Of a DNA stretch of 64,000 nt, positions 14,641-28,178 are shown piece after piece. Made by a program: the position numbers and the translations under genes. The stretch is from Octopus vulgaris (lineage: Eukaryota), in assembly GCA_951406725.2 (NCBI GenBank), contig OX597835.1:16368001-16432000 (forward strand), in the 5' to 3' direction. Under the pieces are notes generated by a model. That model saw only the letters and a list, made by a program, of their open reading frames with translations, searched no databases and had not been told where the DNA came from. Every line of letters starts with the position of its first letter. The stretch's first letter is position 1.

Positions 14641-15275
14641 ACGGTAACAATGGGAGTAGGGTAGAGAGCCCCAATAGCATCCCCAGCATCATTTCCCGCA
14701 ATAGCAGCACCACGGGCAGTAGCAATGACAGCACTTTGATAGATAGTGGAGAATCAGGGGTTATTCCTATAGTTAATAGTGACGTAGTGGAAAATAGAGT
14801 AGTAAGCGGCTGCAGGTCTCGGAACGAATATAGTGACAGGAACGCAGTTCTAATTTCAGAAACTAATCCTAGCAGAATTAGATTCACGTCGGCGAACTCC
14901 AAGATCAAAAACGCCGTCTACCAATGCAAGGTTTACACGGACTCAGATGTCTTCACTTATGTAGGGGCCTCATCCTCAAGATTGTCTTTGCGTGTCTCCA
15001 ACCATTACGCAACTTTTCGGGACATGAACAAGCGCCAGACCACGGGACTCAGTAAGCTAATATGGCGACTGAAGGATACGAACTTAAGCTACAGGCTGGA
15101 ATGGTCAATTTTGTCGGTGGCCCTCCCATTTGATAGGGGCAGAAGGCAGTGCAACCTTTGTGTCTCCGAACTCTTCCATATTTTGTTTGCTAGAGGCCGG
15201 ATGGTAAACGGGCTTTTACAGTCGGCTTTTCGATGCCCCCATTGGCGGCGTTACACTTATCTGGCTTTTAAATAG
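14640..15275 (+). CDS. Penelope-like GIY-YIG endonuclease domain (partial ORF, 5' truncated)
   Basis: AVYQCKV...TYVGASS..LSLRVSNH..TF...TGLSKLIWRLKD...LEWSIL...CNLCVSE...CPH motifs. The frame is open upstream to the (TA)n junction; stop TAG ends at 15275. Confidence 0.85.
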
Positions 15276-15866
15276 CGTTTATAAATAATACCGGCACCCA
15301 TAGCCCTTGGTAACAAATTCTGAAATAGCCTTTAAGATATCTACGATTAACCACTGCAAGGGGAATTACTCCTGTAAGACAAACGGGGCTTGGTTTTTTC
15401 ACAGCGGGGGGTTTCCTTGACAAGGCAGGCTTAAATGAGAACACACACACACATAAAACATGATATATATTTTTTTCTGCCACCCAACGGTCATCACGGC
15501 AGTAGCCACTGACAGCCGAACGATCAAACGCACACACGTACACAAAAAATGTTTTCTACCCCTACGCCAACACACACGTATATAGAACAGTATACACACA
15601 CACACGTCTCTAAGTAGATTTTTTCTCGCCCCTTATAAAACATCCAATATTCCTTAAATAGTTAGAACTTTATTCTCGGTCACAAAGAACATCTACGCCC
15701 CCTCACCCACATGATTGACCGATGCCTGACCCGTTGAATTCTTCAGCCACCGGTTCTCAACATACACTGATAAACAGTTTCGCCATGGGCTCTTAGGAGC
15801 ATAGTTCGATTTGTTTTTGCTCCGCCTCTGTTCTGTTTTTGTTTTTCCAACGGATTTCCTATTTTC

Positions 15867-15946
15867 TTCCTGAAGAGAAAGACACAATATGGTCCCATTA
15901 TTCCATCGGATTTTGGTAATTTGTGCCTTTCGAAACACGTGTAGAA
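15867..15946 (+). ncRNA. Type I hammerhead ribozyme in the Penelope pLTR
   Basis: ttc-CTGAAGA-gaaagacacaa...ttgtgcctttc-GAAAC-acgt-GTA-gaa. Stem I ttc/gaa, ~10-bp stem II, palindromic stem III acacgtgt; predicted cleavage after 15943. Confidence 0.85.
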
Positions 15947-16190
15947 TGAAATAAAACGATTTCTGTTCAATCTGCGTTCAGCTCCATTTCTTCAATTCAC
16001 CAATAATGTTCTAATTTCAATTATCCGCACCAACGCACGGTTGCAACACCATATGGTTGTACCTCCAACCGTGCTGTTTTACTGCTGTGATTTTTGCTAC
16101 TAAGGTATCGGTTAAACTTTTGATTAATCTACTACAAGATTATTCATCTTTCTATTTCACATGATATATATATATATATATATATATCTG

Positions 16191-16230
<40 letters not shown>

Positions 16231-16644
16231 GTGCGTATGTATGTAATGTATACTAGATTTCTATCTGAACTAGAGATAAAGACCATATATTTTAGAGGCC
16301 AGGTGGTATGTGATCTTGAGATATTCATGCCTTGCCATAAAACAATTAGCTGCAATAGAGAACATGCACCAACATGAAATCAATACCACCACCACCAACA
16401 CCACCACCACTGCATGCAAAATAGTTTTATGCAAGATTCTACTGCACCACCAGATGCACTTCTGTTTTCCCAAGCTGCACACATCACTGTCTTCTGGGAA
16501 CCAAGGATAGTGTTTGAATGCAACATCAATTTTGCTTTGTAGTTTCTTGGGTTATTTTCACCGTGGTATTGTTAGTGTTTCGTATATGCATGTGGGGTTG
16601 TGCTGCGTTATTTGCTGGGTGGTGAATGTGTAAAGTACACGTTG

Positions 16645-17200
16645 TGTTGTGTTGGATGGTGTTTGCGTAGAGCCTGTGTTATGTGTAGAGTACATGTTGG
16701 ATGGAGACTGAATGAAGTACATATTGTGTTATGTTGGATGGTGTTTGTGTTGAGCCTGTGTTATGTGTAGAGTACATGTTGGATGGAGACTGAATGAAGT
16801 ACATATTGTGTTATGTTGGATGGTGTTTGTGTTGAGCCTGTGTTATGTGTAGAGTACATGTTGGATGGAGACTGAATGAAGTACATATTGTGTTATGTTG
16901 GATGGTGTTTGTGTTGAGCCTGTGTTATGTGTAGAGTACATGTTGGATGGAGACTGAATGAAGTACATATTGTGTTATGTTGGATGGTGTTTGTGTTGAG
17001 CCTGTGTTATGTGTAGAGTACATGTTGGATGGAGACTGAATGAAGTACATATTGTGTTATGTTGGATGGTGTTTGTGTAGAGCCTGTGTTATGTGTAGAG
17101 TACATGTTGGATGGAGACTGAATGAAGTACATATTGTGTTATGTTGGATGGTGTTTGTGTAGAGTACATGTTGGATGGTGACTGAATGAAGTACATATCG
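16645..17200. repeat. Minisatellite, 82-bp unit, ~6.5 copies
   Basis: gttggatggtgtttg recurs at 16733, 16815, 16897... Confidence 0.92.
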
Positions 17201-17315
17201 TGTTATAGGTGGGGCAGTCACTGTAGAGAGGACGTGTTGGATGGTGATTGTAGAGAATATATGCATGTTGGGTGGTGGCCGAGTAGAGTACATGTTGGGT
17301 GGTTAATGTATAGAG

Positions 17316-17798
17316 CATAAATGGACAACCTGCAGACCGCACGTGGCCCTCGACATGTTTTGCAGCCCATGACAAATTCCTAGGTTACTAATTAGCAGCA
17401 TAACCTAAGAGTAAGGACATCTCAAATTCTACCAAATATTGAAAATATGGTAAAGAATGTGAATGTGCAAAAATCTCATTGATACAGATAATGAAATTTC
17501 TGTTCTTTAATAAAATATCAATGAATTTTCTTTCTTTTTTTTAACCTCAATATTTCAAACTATAATTTATTTAGACAAGTAATCATCATTATCATCATTA
17601 GGAAATAAAGAAAGAGATGCCAGCTTGATGTAAATTTTCATAAGTGGCTGTGTGGTAAGTAGCTTGCTAACCAACCACATGGTTACGGGTTCAGTCCCAC
17701 TGCGTGGCATCTTGGGCAAGCGTCTTCTGCTATAGACCCCGGGCCGACCAATGCCTTGTGAGTGGATTTGGTAGACGGAAACTGAAAGAAGCCTGTCG

Positions 17799-17835
<37 letters not shown>

Positions 17836-18182
17836 TTGTGTGTCTGTGTTTGTCCCCCTAGCATTGCTTGACAACCGATGCTGGTGTGTTTACGTCCCCG
17901 TCACCTAGCGGTTCGGCAAAAGAGACCTGATAGAATAAGTACTGGGCTTACAAAGAATAAGTCCCGGGGTCGATTTGCTCGACTAAAAGGCGGTGCTCCA
18001 GCATGGCCGCAGTCAAATGACTGAAACAAGTAAAAGAGTAAAAGAGTAAAGAGGAACTGCAAAAAATTTAGTGTAAAGTGGGTAAGTAATATTTCATGCA
18101 TATGTGTTTTCACATGCGGCCCTCTCCCACTTGGAAATGGTACGATGTGGGCCCCCAGTTGATGAAAAGTTGCCCACCCCAG
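17316..18182. mobile_element. hAT-type non-autonomous element with a nested SINE
   Basis: Exact 8-bp TSD gtatagag (17308-17315, 18183-18190); degenerate TIRs ca...tggacaacc / gttgcccaccccag. Confidence 0.75.
17645..18052 (+). mobile_element. tRNA-derived SINE family B with an internal (TA)/(TG) microsatellite
   Basis: gtggctgtgtggtaag...gggttcagtccc...cttgggcaag...gaaactgaaagaagcc-(TA/TG)n-...gactgaaacaagtaaaagag tail. Confidence 0.85.
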
Positions 18183-18291
18183 GTATAGAGTATGTGTTGG
18201 TTGATGGCTGTGCAGAGTACATGCTAGAGGGTAAGTGAGTCAAGTACGTGTTGTGTTATGTGTTGGATGGCAACTGTGCAGGATGTTAAGT

Positions 18292-18704
18292 TAATTTTTT
18301 GGCTCGAAAAGCAAAAAGCAAGGACATGTAGGGGGACATGGAGTTATGTACAAGGAGGGTGTTCGTGCAAAGAGTTCAGGCCATTTCTGGTCAAGAGAGA
18401 CTTTGAACCGAGCGGTCGTCGGCATCTTCACTATCTCGTCCGGCAGCTTATTCCACGGATCCGCAACCCGGACGGAGAAAGCCCCTCTCCTTCGATTGAG
18501 ATGAAATCGTCGCAGATAGAGCTTTTCGGAGTGATCCCGCAGCCTATGCTCTGGAGCAGGAGTGAAGAACAGCTCTTTCGAGAGGTTACACTTTCCGCTT
18601 ATGATGTTGTGAGCAAGAATGAGACCACCACGGCGGTGGCGTTTTTCTAGAGAATAAAGGTCGAGCGTCTTCAGCCTTTCTTCATAAGGCAAATGCTTGA
18701 GACC
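18292..18704 (-). mobile_element. 5'-truncated CR1-clade LINE (ORF2 C-terminus)
   Basis: YEERLKTLDLYSLEKR.RRG.LI...RDHS.KL....FSVRVADPWNKLP...FKVSLD; 9-bp TSD atgttaagt at 18283-18291 and 18705-18713. Confidence 0.88.
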
Positions 18705-20161
18705 ATGTTAAGTAGTGATTGTGTAGAATGTGTTACGTGTTGATTCTGTAGAGTATGTATAATGTGAGTTGTGTTGTGTTGTGTATTAGAGCTGTGTGCT
18801 AGTTTAATCCCATGTTAACCTTGACTGAGCAAACATAACTATGTGTTGCATGTCAAACAAACTGATAGAAAAACTTGGTAGAAGAGAAATCAGTCAAAGG
18901 GCAATAAGAGTGAAAACAGCATTTGGTGTATGGAGGAAAGATAGTTGGGTAAAGCAATCCATGTTGAGGAAATCTGTAGAAGAGAAGACTAAGGAAAACT
19001 TGGGGTAAAAATGACAAACGCTGATCTCGGAAAGCTGAAGATGAGAGGGTTGACAAAAGACCATGGCAATGAAATGCTTTGCTGGCAAAGACACACCCAA
19101 TCCATTGCAGGCAAACATAGAAAAAAAGACACTGATTATATCTGCGTCTATATATTTCCTACTCTCCTCAGCAAGTTCACTCTATTCTTTTATCAGTTTT
19201 ACTAAATAATAAAAGTCCTGTTGATGCAGGCCAACACCAGTCTTTGAAATGTGTTTCATTACACACACACACACACAATGTATTCACTGAACCATATAGA
19301 AAAATGAGCATAAAAATGATCAAACAATCACATACACACACAAAACCATTAAGCTTGGGGTTTTTTTCCTCACTAAATGTCAACTGGTCAGAATATTACT
19401 GACGTCAACAGCATTCCTGAATCTCTGATTTGTTTGTACTAAAAGTACTACTTTGATCCACACTGACAATCTCACATGACCATCCTCACTTAAACTACAC
19501 AACTACACTACCCTTATCTCAAACAACCATTTTACACTCATTTCCCTCTCAGGCAGATTAGCCTAAGGTTAGACAGGTGTGCAAATTTCAACATCGGAAT
19601 AGTTTTATCATTATCTATAGTCACTGATAGTATCTGTTGTATTAGTGTAGAGAAGAGATAGATAGTAAGGTGTTGGACTGAAAGATTTTCATGACCTTCC
19701 TTTAGTCGCACACTATTCTAAGATTCTGAACTGGAAACCCACTGGGGTCAAATTTTACCCACCACTCCTTTCATTCAGGAGTGCACTAAGCTCACACCTA
19801 GGTCACATTGTGTCGGTGACTTTTTACAATTTTCACCTATGAATCTCCTAGTCTTGTTCAAATGCAAGAAATCAATATCATCAGTTGCACTATTTTTAAT
19901 TCGGTAGCGAATATATCAGAATTCCTAACAGATGAGTCATAGTTTCAAATCCTATTCAATGTTTTTTCACTACACAATGTCTCCTGGGGCAAAATAATGC
20001 CCCCTGTTCTCAAGATTACAAGAACACAGGTAAAAACATTATCCCCATATCAGAGACAGCTGTCCAAAATAAAATCACACCTATTCTACAACAGTACTAA
20101 CTAACCAACACTGTACTCTAAGTTAACATATGTAAAACAGGGGAAATGAAAGAGTCTTTAG

Positions 20162-20258
20162 CCCCTTAGGGTTTAAGCTGCCAATATCCAGATAAAATAT
20201 TCTACCTGTATCATGTTCAAATTGGCCATTTCCAGCTTCTTGCACTTACTCTACAATG

Positions 20259-20297
<39 letters not shown>

Positions 20298-21044
20298 GCT
20301 AACACACATACACACACACACACACACAAATCATTAAGTATACTCAACAAAAAATATTGCGGAAAATTAAAGTGAATAAAGGCAGAGCTCCAGCATGGCC
20401 GCAGTCAAATGACTGAAACAAGTAAAAGAGTAAAAGAGTAATCACATCATCGAAATCTTGAAGCTACGAGATAATGCACGATTATTTCAAAACAATGTGA
20501 ATCAACAAACATTACTTTTGAACAAATAATCAGAATGCTAAAGGGTTAAACTGGTTAGTGAATTGACCCTTTAGCATTTAAACTAGCCATATCTGGCGCA
20601 AATATTTTATCGGTTTTATGTTCAAACCAGCCATATTGGGCCTCTCACACCTGCCCTACAATGTCATTATGAAAATAAACAATCACATCATTGAAATCTC
20701 AAAGCTACAAGACAATGTGTAATTAATTCAAAACAATCATCATCATCATCATTTAGCATCTGCTTTCCATGCTAGCATGGGTTGGACGGTTCAACTGGGG
20801 TCTGGGAAGCCAGAAGGCTGCACCAGGCCCACTCTGATCTGGCAATGTTTCTACGGCTGGATGCCCTTCCTAATGCCAACCACTCCGTGAGTGTAGTGGG
20901 TGCTTTTTACGTGTCACTGGCACAGGTGCCAGATGGGGCTGGCAAACGGCCACGGTCGGATGGTGCTTTTTATGTGCCACCGGCAGGGGGGGGGGCGGAA
21001 TAAATAAACATTATAAATGACAGAGTAAACTGAATGCTAAAGGG
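20162..21044 (-). mobile_element. Two adjacent TTAA-MITE family A copies (20162-20545, 20567-21044), each with nested insertions
   Basis: Both end in gaatgctaaagggttaa; nested SINE tail at ~20385-20440 and (ATC)n-tailed element at 20737-21000. Confidence 0.65.
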
Positions 21045-22239
21045 TTAAAGATTTTGGCTTATAATTAATTTTTTTAATTACCAAAATCTTTTGAATGGCT
21101 TAGTAAGGGGGCCTCTAAGACTGGTTTCAAGAAAGGAATACATTATCCTCAGACCAAAATCCTGGCCCAAATGCTTGCAACAGAATGGTGCCTGATAAAG
21201 AGTTAGGCGATATTAACACTTGAACATTCAGATTTCTTTGTTAAATGTAATGCTTATTTATTTATTCACAGAATTTTGAATTAATCATGCAAATATCTTG
21301 TAGCTTCAAGATTTCAACAGTGTGTATGTATGTTTTTAGAATGACGTTGTAGGGTAGGTGTGAGAGGTTGGATCTGGTCAGTTTTAACATAAAACAGGTG
21401 GGCTATTTGGGGGCTGGATATGGCCGAATTTAATGCCAAAGGATTAAGCAACAACAGCCTTTCAGGTTCTCACAGTTTTCGTCTCCAACATTTTCATCAC
21501 AAGGTTTCTGTTTGTCCCAACAACATGCACTAAATTTCAAAACCATTCATTCAGCTAGTTCTGAACATACACACCTGTAGCGGAATATAATAATGTAATA
21601 ATGTAAACATACTTAGTCATGTTGTGAAAATTATAACCTGGTTATACCCCTCACCACACACACACCACACACACACACACACACAAACAATGATAAGATG
21701 TGATCAAGAAGGAAAGTATACCATATTACTCCTAAGACTATCATAAGGCCAACTACACCTGGCAAGTTCTCTCAGAATAAACGAATTAAAAAACACTCCA
21801 TATATACAGCATGTATGTAATAAAATGTATCTAAAGACCTGCACTTCATTTAGAGAGTAATGGACAGGTACTGTAAATGAAGAGAGGGGCTGCTGATCAT
21901 AGGATGTCATTAACTTTGTTTTATAACACAAATCAACCATCCTGGCAAAGCAAAGCCTGATTATGTTGCCTGTTGACCCAATAAGAGAACCTTCACGTGG
22001 TCACTTGACCTGCTAGAAGTAGCAGCTAAAATCTCCGTCAAATCAAAGCTTGCCATCTTAATAGAATAAGGAACAAAGAATGCAGTTGTAGATAGGCCTG
22101 GAAAGGTGGCATAAACACAGCTGGAGCGCCTTCAATCATGTATCTCCCCAAAAATGAAAAACCTGGAGCCAAACAACAACAGAGACTACAAATAAGAAGT
22201 TACCTGACAAGGTGAAGTTAGTTAATCAGCAGATATGTT

Positions 22240-22650
22240 TGAGAAGACCCATCAAGCCAAATGAAATCGTAGTTGTGACCAATGCCGATGTCGTGTAATT
22301 GGCACCCATGCCAGTGGCATAACAAAAGCGCCCTTCAAACATTAGGCCTCATGAAGGCAATGACAAATGATTGAGACCTTTGGCGATTTGATGTGCTTGA
22401 AAAGACTCATCAAGCCAAGTGAAATCATAGTTATGGCTGATGCTGGTGTCACATAACTGGCACCTGTGCCAGTGACACGTAAAAAGCACCCATTACTCTC
22501 TTGGAGAGATTGGCGTTAGGAAGGCCATCCAGCTGTAGAAACCATACCAAATCAGATTGTAACCCCTGCAGCTTACCAGTTTCAGTCAAACTATCAAACT
22601 CATGCCAGCATGGAAAGCAGACACTAAATGATGATGATGATGATGATGAT
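22240..22650 (+). mobile_element. Family D copy extending into a LINE ORF C-terminal remnant
   Basis: ttaggcctc..gaaggcaatgacaaatga..gagacctttggcga...gaaaagactcatcaagcc (degenerate LGL.EAMT.D.DLWR..VLEKT) upstream of the family D body. Confidence 0.6.
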
Positions 22651-23905
22651 ATACAAAATAGTGAATTTCAAGCACATAAAGCTATAAATAATAGTTACCA
22701 TGTTTACATGAGACGTGGGTTCAAGTCCCGGAGATAGCCCTTAAGTTTTTCTATCTAAAAAGGTTTCACAATCCAATAGTTACTGCCAAGGTCAACTTTA
22801 TTCTTCATCCTTTAAGGGTTGCTGAAATAAGCACTAAGCACCAATCAAGTACTCGCAGTCAATGTATTTGACTAGATTCCTCCTCTAAAACTTCAGGCCT
22901 TGTGTCTATATTAGAAAAGATTATCTATGTTTTTATGTACCTTGAGATCCACTGCTCCAAAAGCTCAATATTTCATGTTCTCTCGAAAGTTTACAAATAC
23001 TTATGATGTCAATAATATATCATGTGATCACATGATCAGATGTAGTAACACATCACTGGTTACAATGCGCTTTGCATCGTCTTAGTTTTGGAATGATGCC
23101 ACCCAGCTGGCCAGACAAGCAGGCCAACATTCCCCCCTGATTAGTCCCTCCAGTCAGAGTTACCCATTTACAGCTGAGCGAACTTGAGCAATGTGAAATC
23201 AAGTGTTTTGCTCAAGAACACAATGCACAGCCTGTCTGGGAATTGAAACCACAATCTCATGATTCTGAGTGCAACACACTTAACCACTAGGCCATGTACA
23301 CACACATACATATTTTTTGTGTAAAGTCATACTTAACATGTTTACGTACACTCAGATGTGGGAAGACTTTCGCATCAGAAATAGTCCCAGGAGAAAATTC
23401 TTCCCAAGACAAACTTGTGAAAACACCTTGGGTTGGGAATGGCATTGCTGGATTCTAAGATGCATGTGCTTCTTAGCTCTTTTGTATTGTCAGCTACAAA
23501 CACCAAGTCTACCTTCAACAGCCCCAAAAATAACAATTAGTTGTTAAAGTACAACAAGAAAAGGTAAGAGTACTGTGGAAAAAGGATAAAAAAAAAAAAA
23601 AGAATGGTCACAACTGGACCCCCACCTCCTTTTTTTTTTAACATAAGTCTCTTAATCAAAGCTGGCCTGGATTCAACAACTCAGAATAGCAACAGAGTGA
23701 AGCTTCAACTTCCTTCCAGTAAATGAATATGTAAACTCTATATGTATTGAGCACTCTCTCTTTCTCTCTATGATTTAGAAATTTACTCTCTTGTAGGAAG
23801 GAAGGAGTGAGAGAGAGAATGAGAGAGAGAAAAAAAGAATGTATTTACATCCAAGCTGAAATAAGGTGCATGAATATTTCCACTTTCCCTACCACATTAC
23901 AAAAA

Positions 23906-23954
<49 letters not shown>

Positions 23955-24441
23955 TCAATGAATCTAAGCTAACCTAGATAGGAAAATGTCCCGAGCAAGC
24001 TGTGACAGAGGGTGGTTTGACAAAGTAGGCCAAGCACCCAGGCTAAGTCAATGTAGCCCAATGAACAACAACTAACAAGAGAACTTTCAGAAATCATTTG
24101 ATGAAAAGTTCATATACCAGAGAATAATATCACCAACGCCATTATATAATTTTTATCTGCCGTGGAAATTGGAGTATAATGGGGGGTAACGTGGACATTT
24201 TACATTCAGAAGTGGAGTAGTGAGAGGGAGAGAGAGAATAAAGAGTGCAGAGAAAAGGAGGGTGGGGTTGTTTTCTCAGAATCAATGGAACTTAAAAAAA
24301 TTATTCAAAGCGTAATAAAGGAAAATATTCAAGAATTTGTGCAAGGTGTGGTGAGGTGTGAGGCATGAGTGTTCAAGCGGAATTCAGATACATAGGTCGT
24401 GAACGTTAATGTGTTAAGTATATAGTTACTAAACCAAGTCC

Positions 24442-24478
<37 letters not shown>

Positions 24479-24984
24479 CAATTTCAAATTCTGGTACAAG
24501 GCCAGCAACTTTTGTGGAGTTGGGGCTAGTTGATCACAGCCTCAGTACTCAACTGGTTTTATTGACCCTGAAGGGATAAAGAGCAAAGTCGACCTCAGCA
24601 AAGTTTGAACTCAGATGACAGAGTCGGAAGCAATGCTGTTAAGGATTTTGTCTGGCACAGTTACAAGTCTGCTAGCATGACACCTTAACAACAACAACAA
24701 CAATAATAATAATGCTTTAAGTTTTGGCATGAGGCCAGTAGTTTTTGAGTGGAGGGGGAAGTCAATTGCATTGACTCTAACACTTGACTACCCACCCTGA
24801 AAGGCAAAGTTGACCTCAGTGGAATTTGAACTCAGAATGTAAAGACGGATAAAATAGCACTAAACATTTTGTGTGGCATGCTAATGATTCTGCTAGCTCA
24901 CTGCCTTAACAAAAACAATGGTTTCAAATCCTAGAGGGGTCAACTTTGCTTTTCATCCTTCCAAGGTCAATAAAATAAAGTGGT

Positions 24985-25370
24985 GGTGGAAGCACTCTGT
25001 CGGTTACGACGACGAGGGTTCCGGTTGATCCGAATCAACAGAACAGCCTGCTCGTGAAATTAACGTGTAAGTGGCTGAGCACTCCACAGAAATGTGTACC
25101 CTTAACGTAGTTCTTGGGGATATTCAGCGTGACACAGAGAGTGACAAGGCCGGCCCTTTGAAATACAGGTACAACAGAAACAGGAAGTAAGAGTGAGAGA
25201 AAGTTGTGGTGAAAGAGTACAGCAGCGATCACCACCATCCCCTGCCGGAGCCTCGTGGAGCTTTAGGTGTTTTCGCTCAATAAACACTCACAACGCCCGG
25301 TCTGGGAATCGAAACCGCGATCCTATGACCGCGAGTCCGCTGCCCTAACCACTGGGCCATTGCGCCTCCA
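24985..25370 (-). mobile_element. tRNA-derived SINE family C
   Basis: Head ggaggcgcaatggcccagtggttaggg...ggtttcgattccc; TSD aaataaagt; nested in an old family A copy. Confidence 0.85.
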
Positions 25371-25600
25371 AAATAAAGTACTAGTTAAATGTTGGGATCA
25401 ATGTAATGGACTTGCCCTCTTCCCTCAAAATCCCTAGTCTTGTGTCAAAACTAGAAAGAATTATTTAGTTATTGGGGATAACCTGGCAGAATCATTAGAG
25501 TATCAGACAAAATGCTTTTGCAGGTCTTGCTCTTTATATTCCAAGTTCAAATCCTGCTAACATTAGTTCTGCCTTTTATCTCTCCAGGGCCAATAATTAA

Positions 25601-26329
25601 CCCTTCAGTGTTCAGATTACTCGGCCAAATGCAATGCTTATGCATTCGCATTGTTTTGAATTAATCATGCATTATCTCTTAGTCTTTGGGATTTCAATGG
25701 TGTGGCTGTTTATTTTTAGAATTACATTGTAGGCTAGGTTTGAGGGCCCAGATCTGGGCAATCTATATATATATAAAACTGTAGTTGTGTGAGTGTCTGT
25801 CCCCTTCGATTTAGATTCCTAACTCCTCCCACATTTTGCGGTGCAGTTTAACCAAATTCGGGTATCTTATAGTCGTGATTAATATCGAGCCCGTCTGAGT
25901 ATTAGCGCGCGTCTACGATGAGTCTACGATTTCAAAAATAATTTAACATCATTTTTATTCCATTTTAATGCATAATTTTTCGTGTGTCGATGGCGGCGGA
26001 GTTGGCGTCCACGCTCAAACACCTGCACCTGTGTTTGCTTCTCCCCCTTCTTCCCTCCCTCGTGAATCTGTGGGGAAGGGAGTTTAAGGAAATCAACGTC
26101 GTAATGCGTTGTCAAGGAGACCAGCGTTCTTTTAGAACAACGACTTCATGGCTTGAAGACACCAAAACAGAAATGGCTAAGAAAGCCCGAATTGGCACCT
26201 ATAAAGGAAGTAACTCTCTAAAAATGCTTATATAGTTATTTCCCTTACAAACCCGAGCAACGCCGGGCGATACTGCTAGTTTGAATATAAAACAAGCCGA
26301 ATATTTGGGCTGGTTTAAATGCAAAAGGG
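25601..26329 (+). mobile_element. TTAA-MITE family A interrupted by a Helitron
   Basis: ttaa|cccttcagtg...aaaggg; homologous to the 27602 copy. Confidence 0.75.
25762..26279 (+). mobile_element. Non-autonomous Helitron inserted at A|T inside a TTAA-MITE
   Basis: TC...cccgagcaacgccggg...CTAG with no TSD. Removing it restores gatctgggcaa|tttgaatataaaaca, matching the intact MITE at ~27751. Confidence 0.85.
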
Positions 26330-26822
26330 CTAAAACACTAATTAAGCAATGGAGCCAGTGTCACCAACTGTTACATTCCCTCCCACTGAAATTTCTGTCC
26401 TTGTGCCTGAAAATGATACCGAGTCATGGCAAGATGAGCTGTGACCATGACCTTCTCAGGCCATGCAGCTAAGCTGGGGACTGGTGCTGCTGATGTCCAA
26501 CACATACACAAAAAAATAAAAACATGGGCATATTTTGAACAGCAGAGGTGGCACAAATGGACGAAGAATCCACAGGAAGTTATCTTTTAAAATATAGACA
26601 AAACATAACTACTATTCTTCTTCCTTGTTGTCATGTCCACCACTCCAGTTAGGGCTAATGCAAATGGTCAAGATAACTTTGGTGGCCATGACTGGACACT
26701 GGTTCAACTAGTAGGCAGTTGTGAGTGAAAGCAATGCAAATCCTCAAACTAGCCAGATCAATTACTGAGTCTAGTAAAGTGCTCAGATGATTGAACTATA
26801 TGAGAAATCCAATCTGTATCTT

Positions 26823-27070
26823 CATGTAAAAGCACCAACCGATCGTGACCGTTTGCCAGCCTCCTCTGGCCTCTGTGCCGGTGGCACATAAAAAGCACCC
26901 TCTACACTCACAGTGTGGTTGGCATTAGGAAGGGCATCCAGCTGTAGAAACACTACCAGATCAGACTGGAGCCTGGTGCAGCCTCCTGGCTTCCCAGACC
27001 CCGGTTGAACAGTCCAACCCAGGCTAGCATGGAGAACGGACGTTAAATGATGATGATGATGATGATGATA
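26823..27070 (+). mobile_element. Family D copy
   Basis: Family D body with (GAT)n tail. Confidence 0.75.
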
Positions 27071-27601
27071 TATACATATATATATGACGGTCTTCTTTCA
27101 GTTTCCATCTACCAAATCCACTCACAAGGCTTTGGTTGGCCCGAGGCTATAGTAGAAGACACTTACCCAAGGTGTCACTCAGTGGACTGAACCCGGAACC
27201 ATGTAGTTGGTAAGCAAGCTACTTACCACACAGCCCTTCAAACATTGTTGATTGTATCTGATATGGTGCTTTCTTCTCCTCACCTCATTGATTTTTTTTT
27301 TCAAATAAATCATTGGATAAACCAAAGTTCTATGAAAAGACTTTGTTGGCTGAAATGCACCAGTTTATTTTAATGATGTGAAATTGCGATCATAGATCCA
27401 ACGAATAATCTATGTTAATGCAAGCTTTAATTCTAAATTTGATTGCAATTTCATCATTATCAGTAATTAAAGAGTATGAAAATAAAAGATTATTATTTAT
27501 AATTAATTAAACACTTATTTAAATGTTAGTATCGGAACATTCTAATCATTAATAACTGAGGCACGAGGTGACATATTTTAGGTACAGGAACAGTCCTTTA
27601 A

Positions 27602-27821
27602 CCCTTTGGTGTTCAAATTTCTCTATTAAATGTAATACTTTTTCACTTAAATTGTTTTGAATTAATCATGCATTGTGTTATAGTTTTGAGGTTTCAATGA
27701 TATGATTGTTTATTTTTAGAATGTCACTGTAGGTTAGGTGTGAGAGGCTAGATATGGCCAATTTGAATATAAAACATTTAGAATATTTGGGCCGGATATG
27801 GCTGGTTTAAACACTAAAGGG
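27602..27821 (+). mobile_element. piggyBac-like TTAA-MITE, family A
   Basis: TTAA|CCCTTT...AAAGGG|TTAA; body shared with 47563-47783, 25601-26329 and 21217-21442, and inverted at 20162-20545 and 20567-21044. Confidence 0.8.
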
Positions 27822-28178
27822 TTAAATCAACACCATTATAATACTGGTATTTGTTTAACTGGACTCAGAGAGAAACATAATATAGACATAATTGGATACC
27901 AAAAATTATTCCATAAATCTCTCAAACAATTTCTGTCACCGACCACCCTCTTCATCTATCTTTCTTGTCACTTCCTATCACCCTTGTTATCTATTGATCT
28001 CTCTACATATACCTTCTACTATTCTCCAATTCCAATTGTTCTACCAACTCCTATATATATATATACCTTTGCATTTCCACCATTAACTACCCCTCTATTA
28101 GTTACATAATGGAAATGCAAAATAGATTTGTGGAAGAAAAAATGTTTCTCAGTCAGATACAATCAACAATGTTTGAAG

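Larger units (their letters stand above)
14640..16160 (+). mobile_element. 5'-truncated Penelope-like retroelement (GIY-YIG endonuclease region plus 3' pLTR), flanked by (TA)n
   Basis: GIY-YIG ORF followed by a non-coding 3' region containing a hammerhead motif. (TA)n on both sides; no RT domain present. Confidence 0.85.

Noticed and set aside
18860-19110. Possible host exon
   Set aside because: Frame-disrupted and resembles a decayed LINE 3' end.
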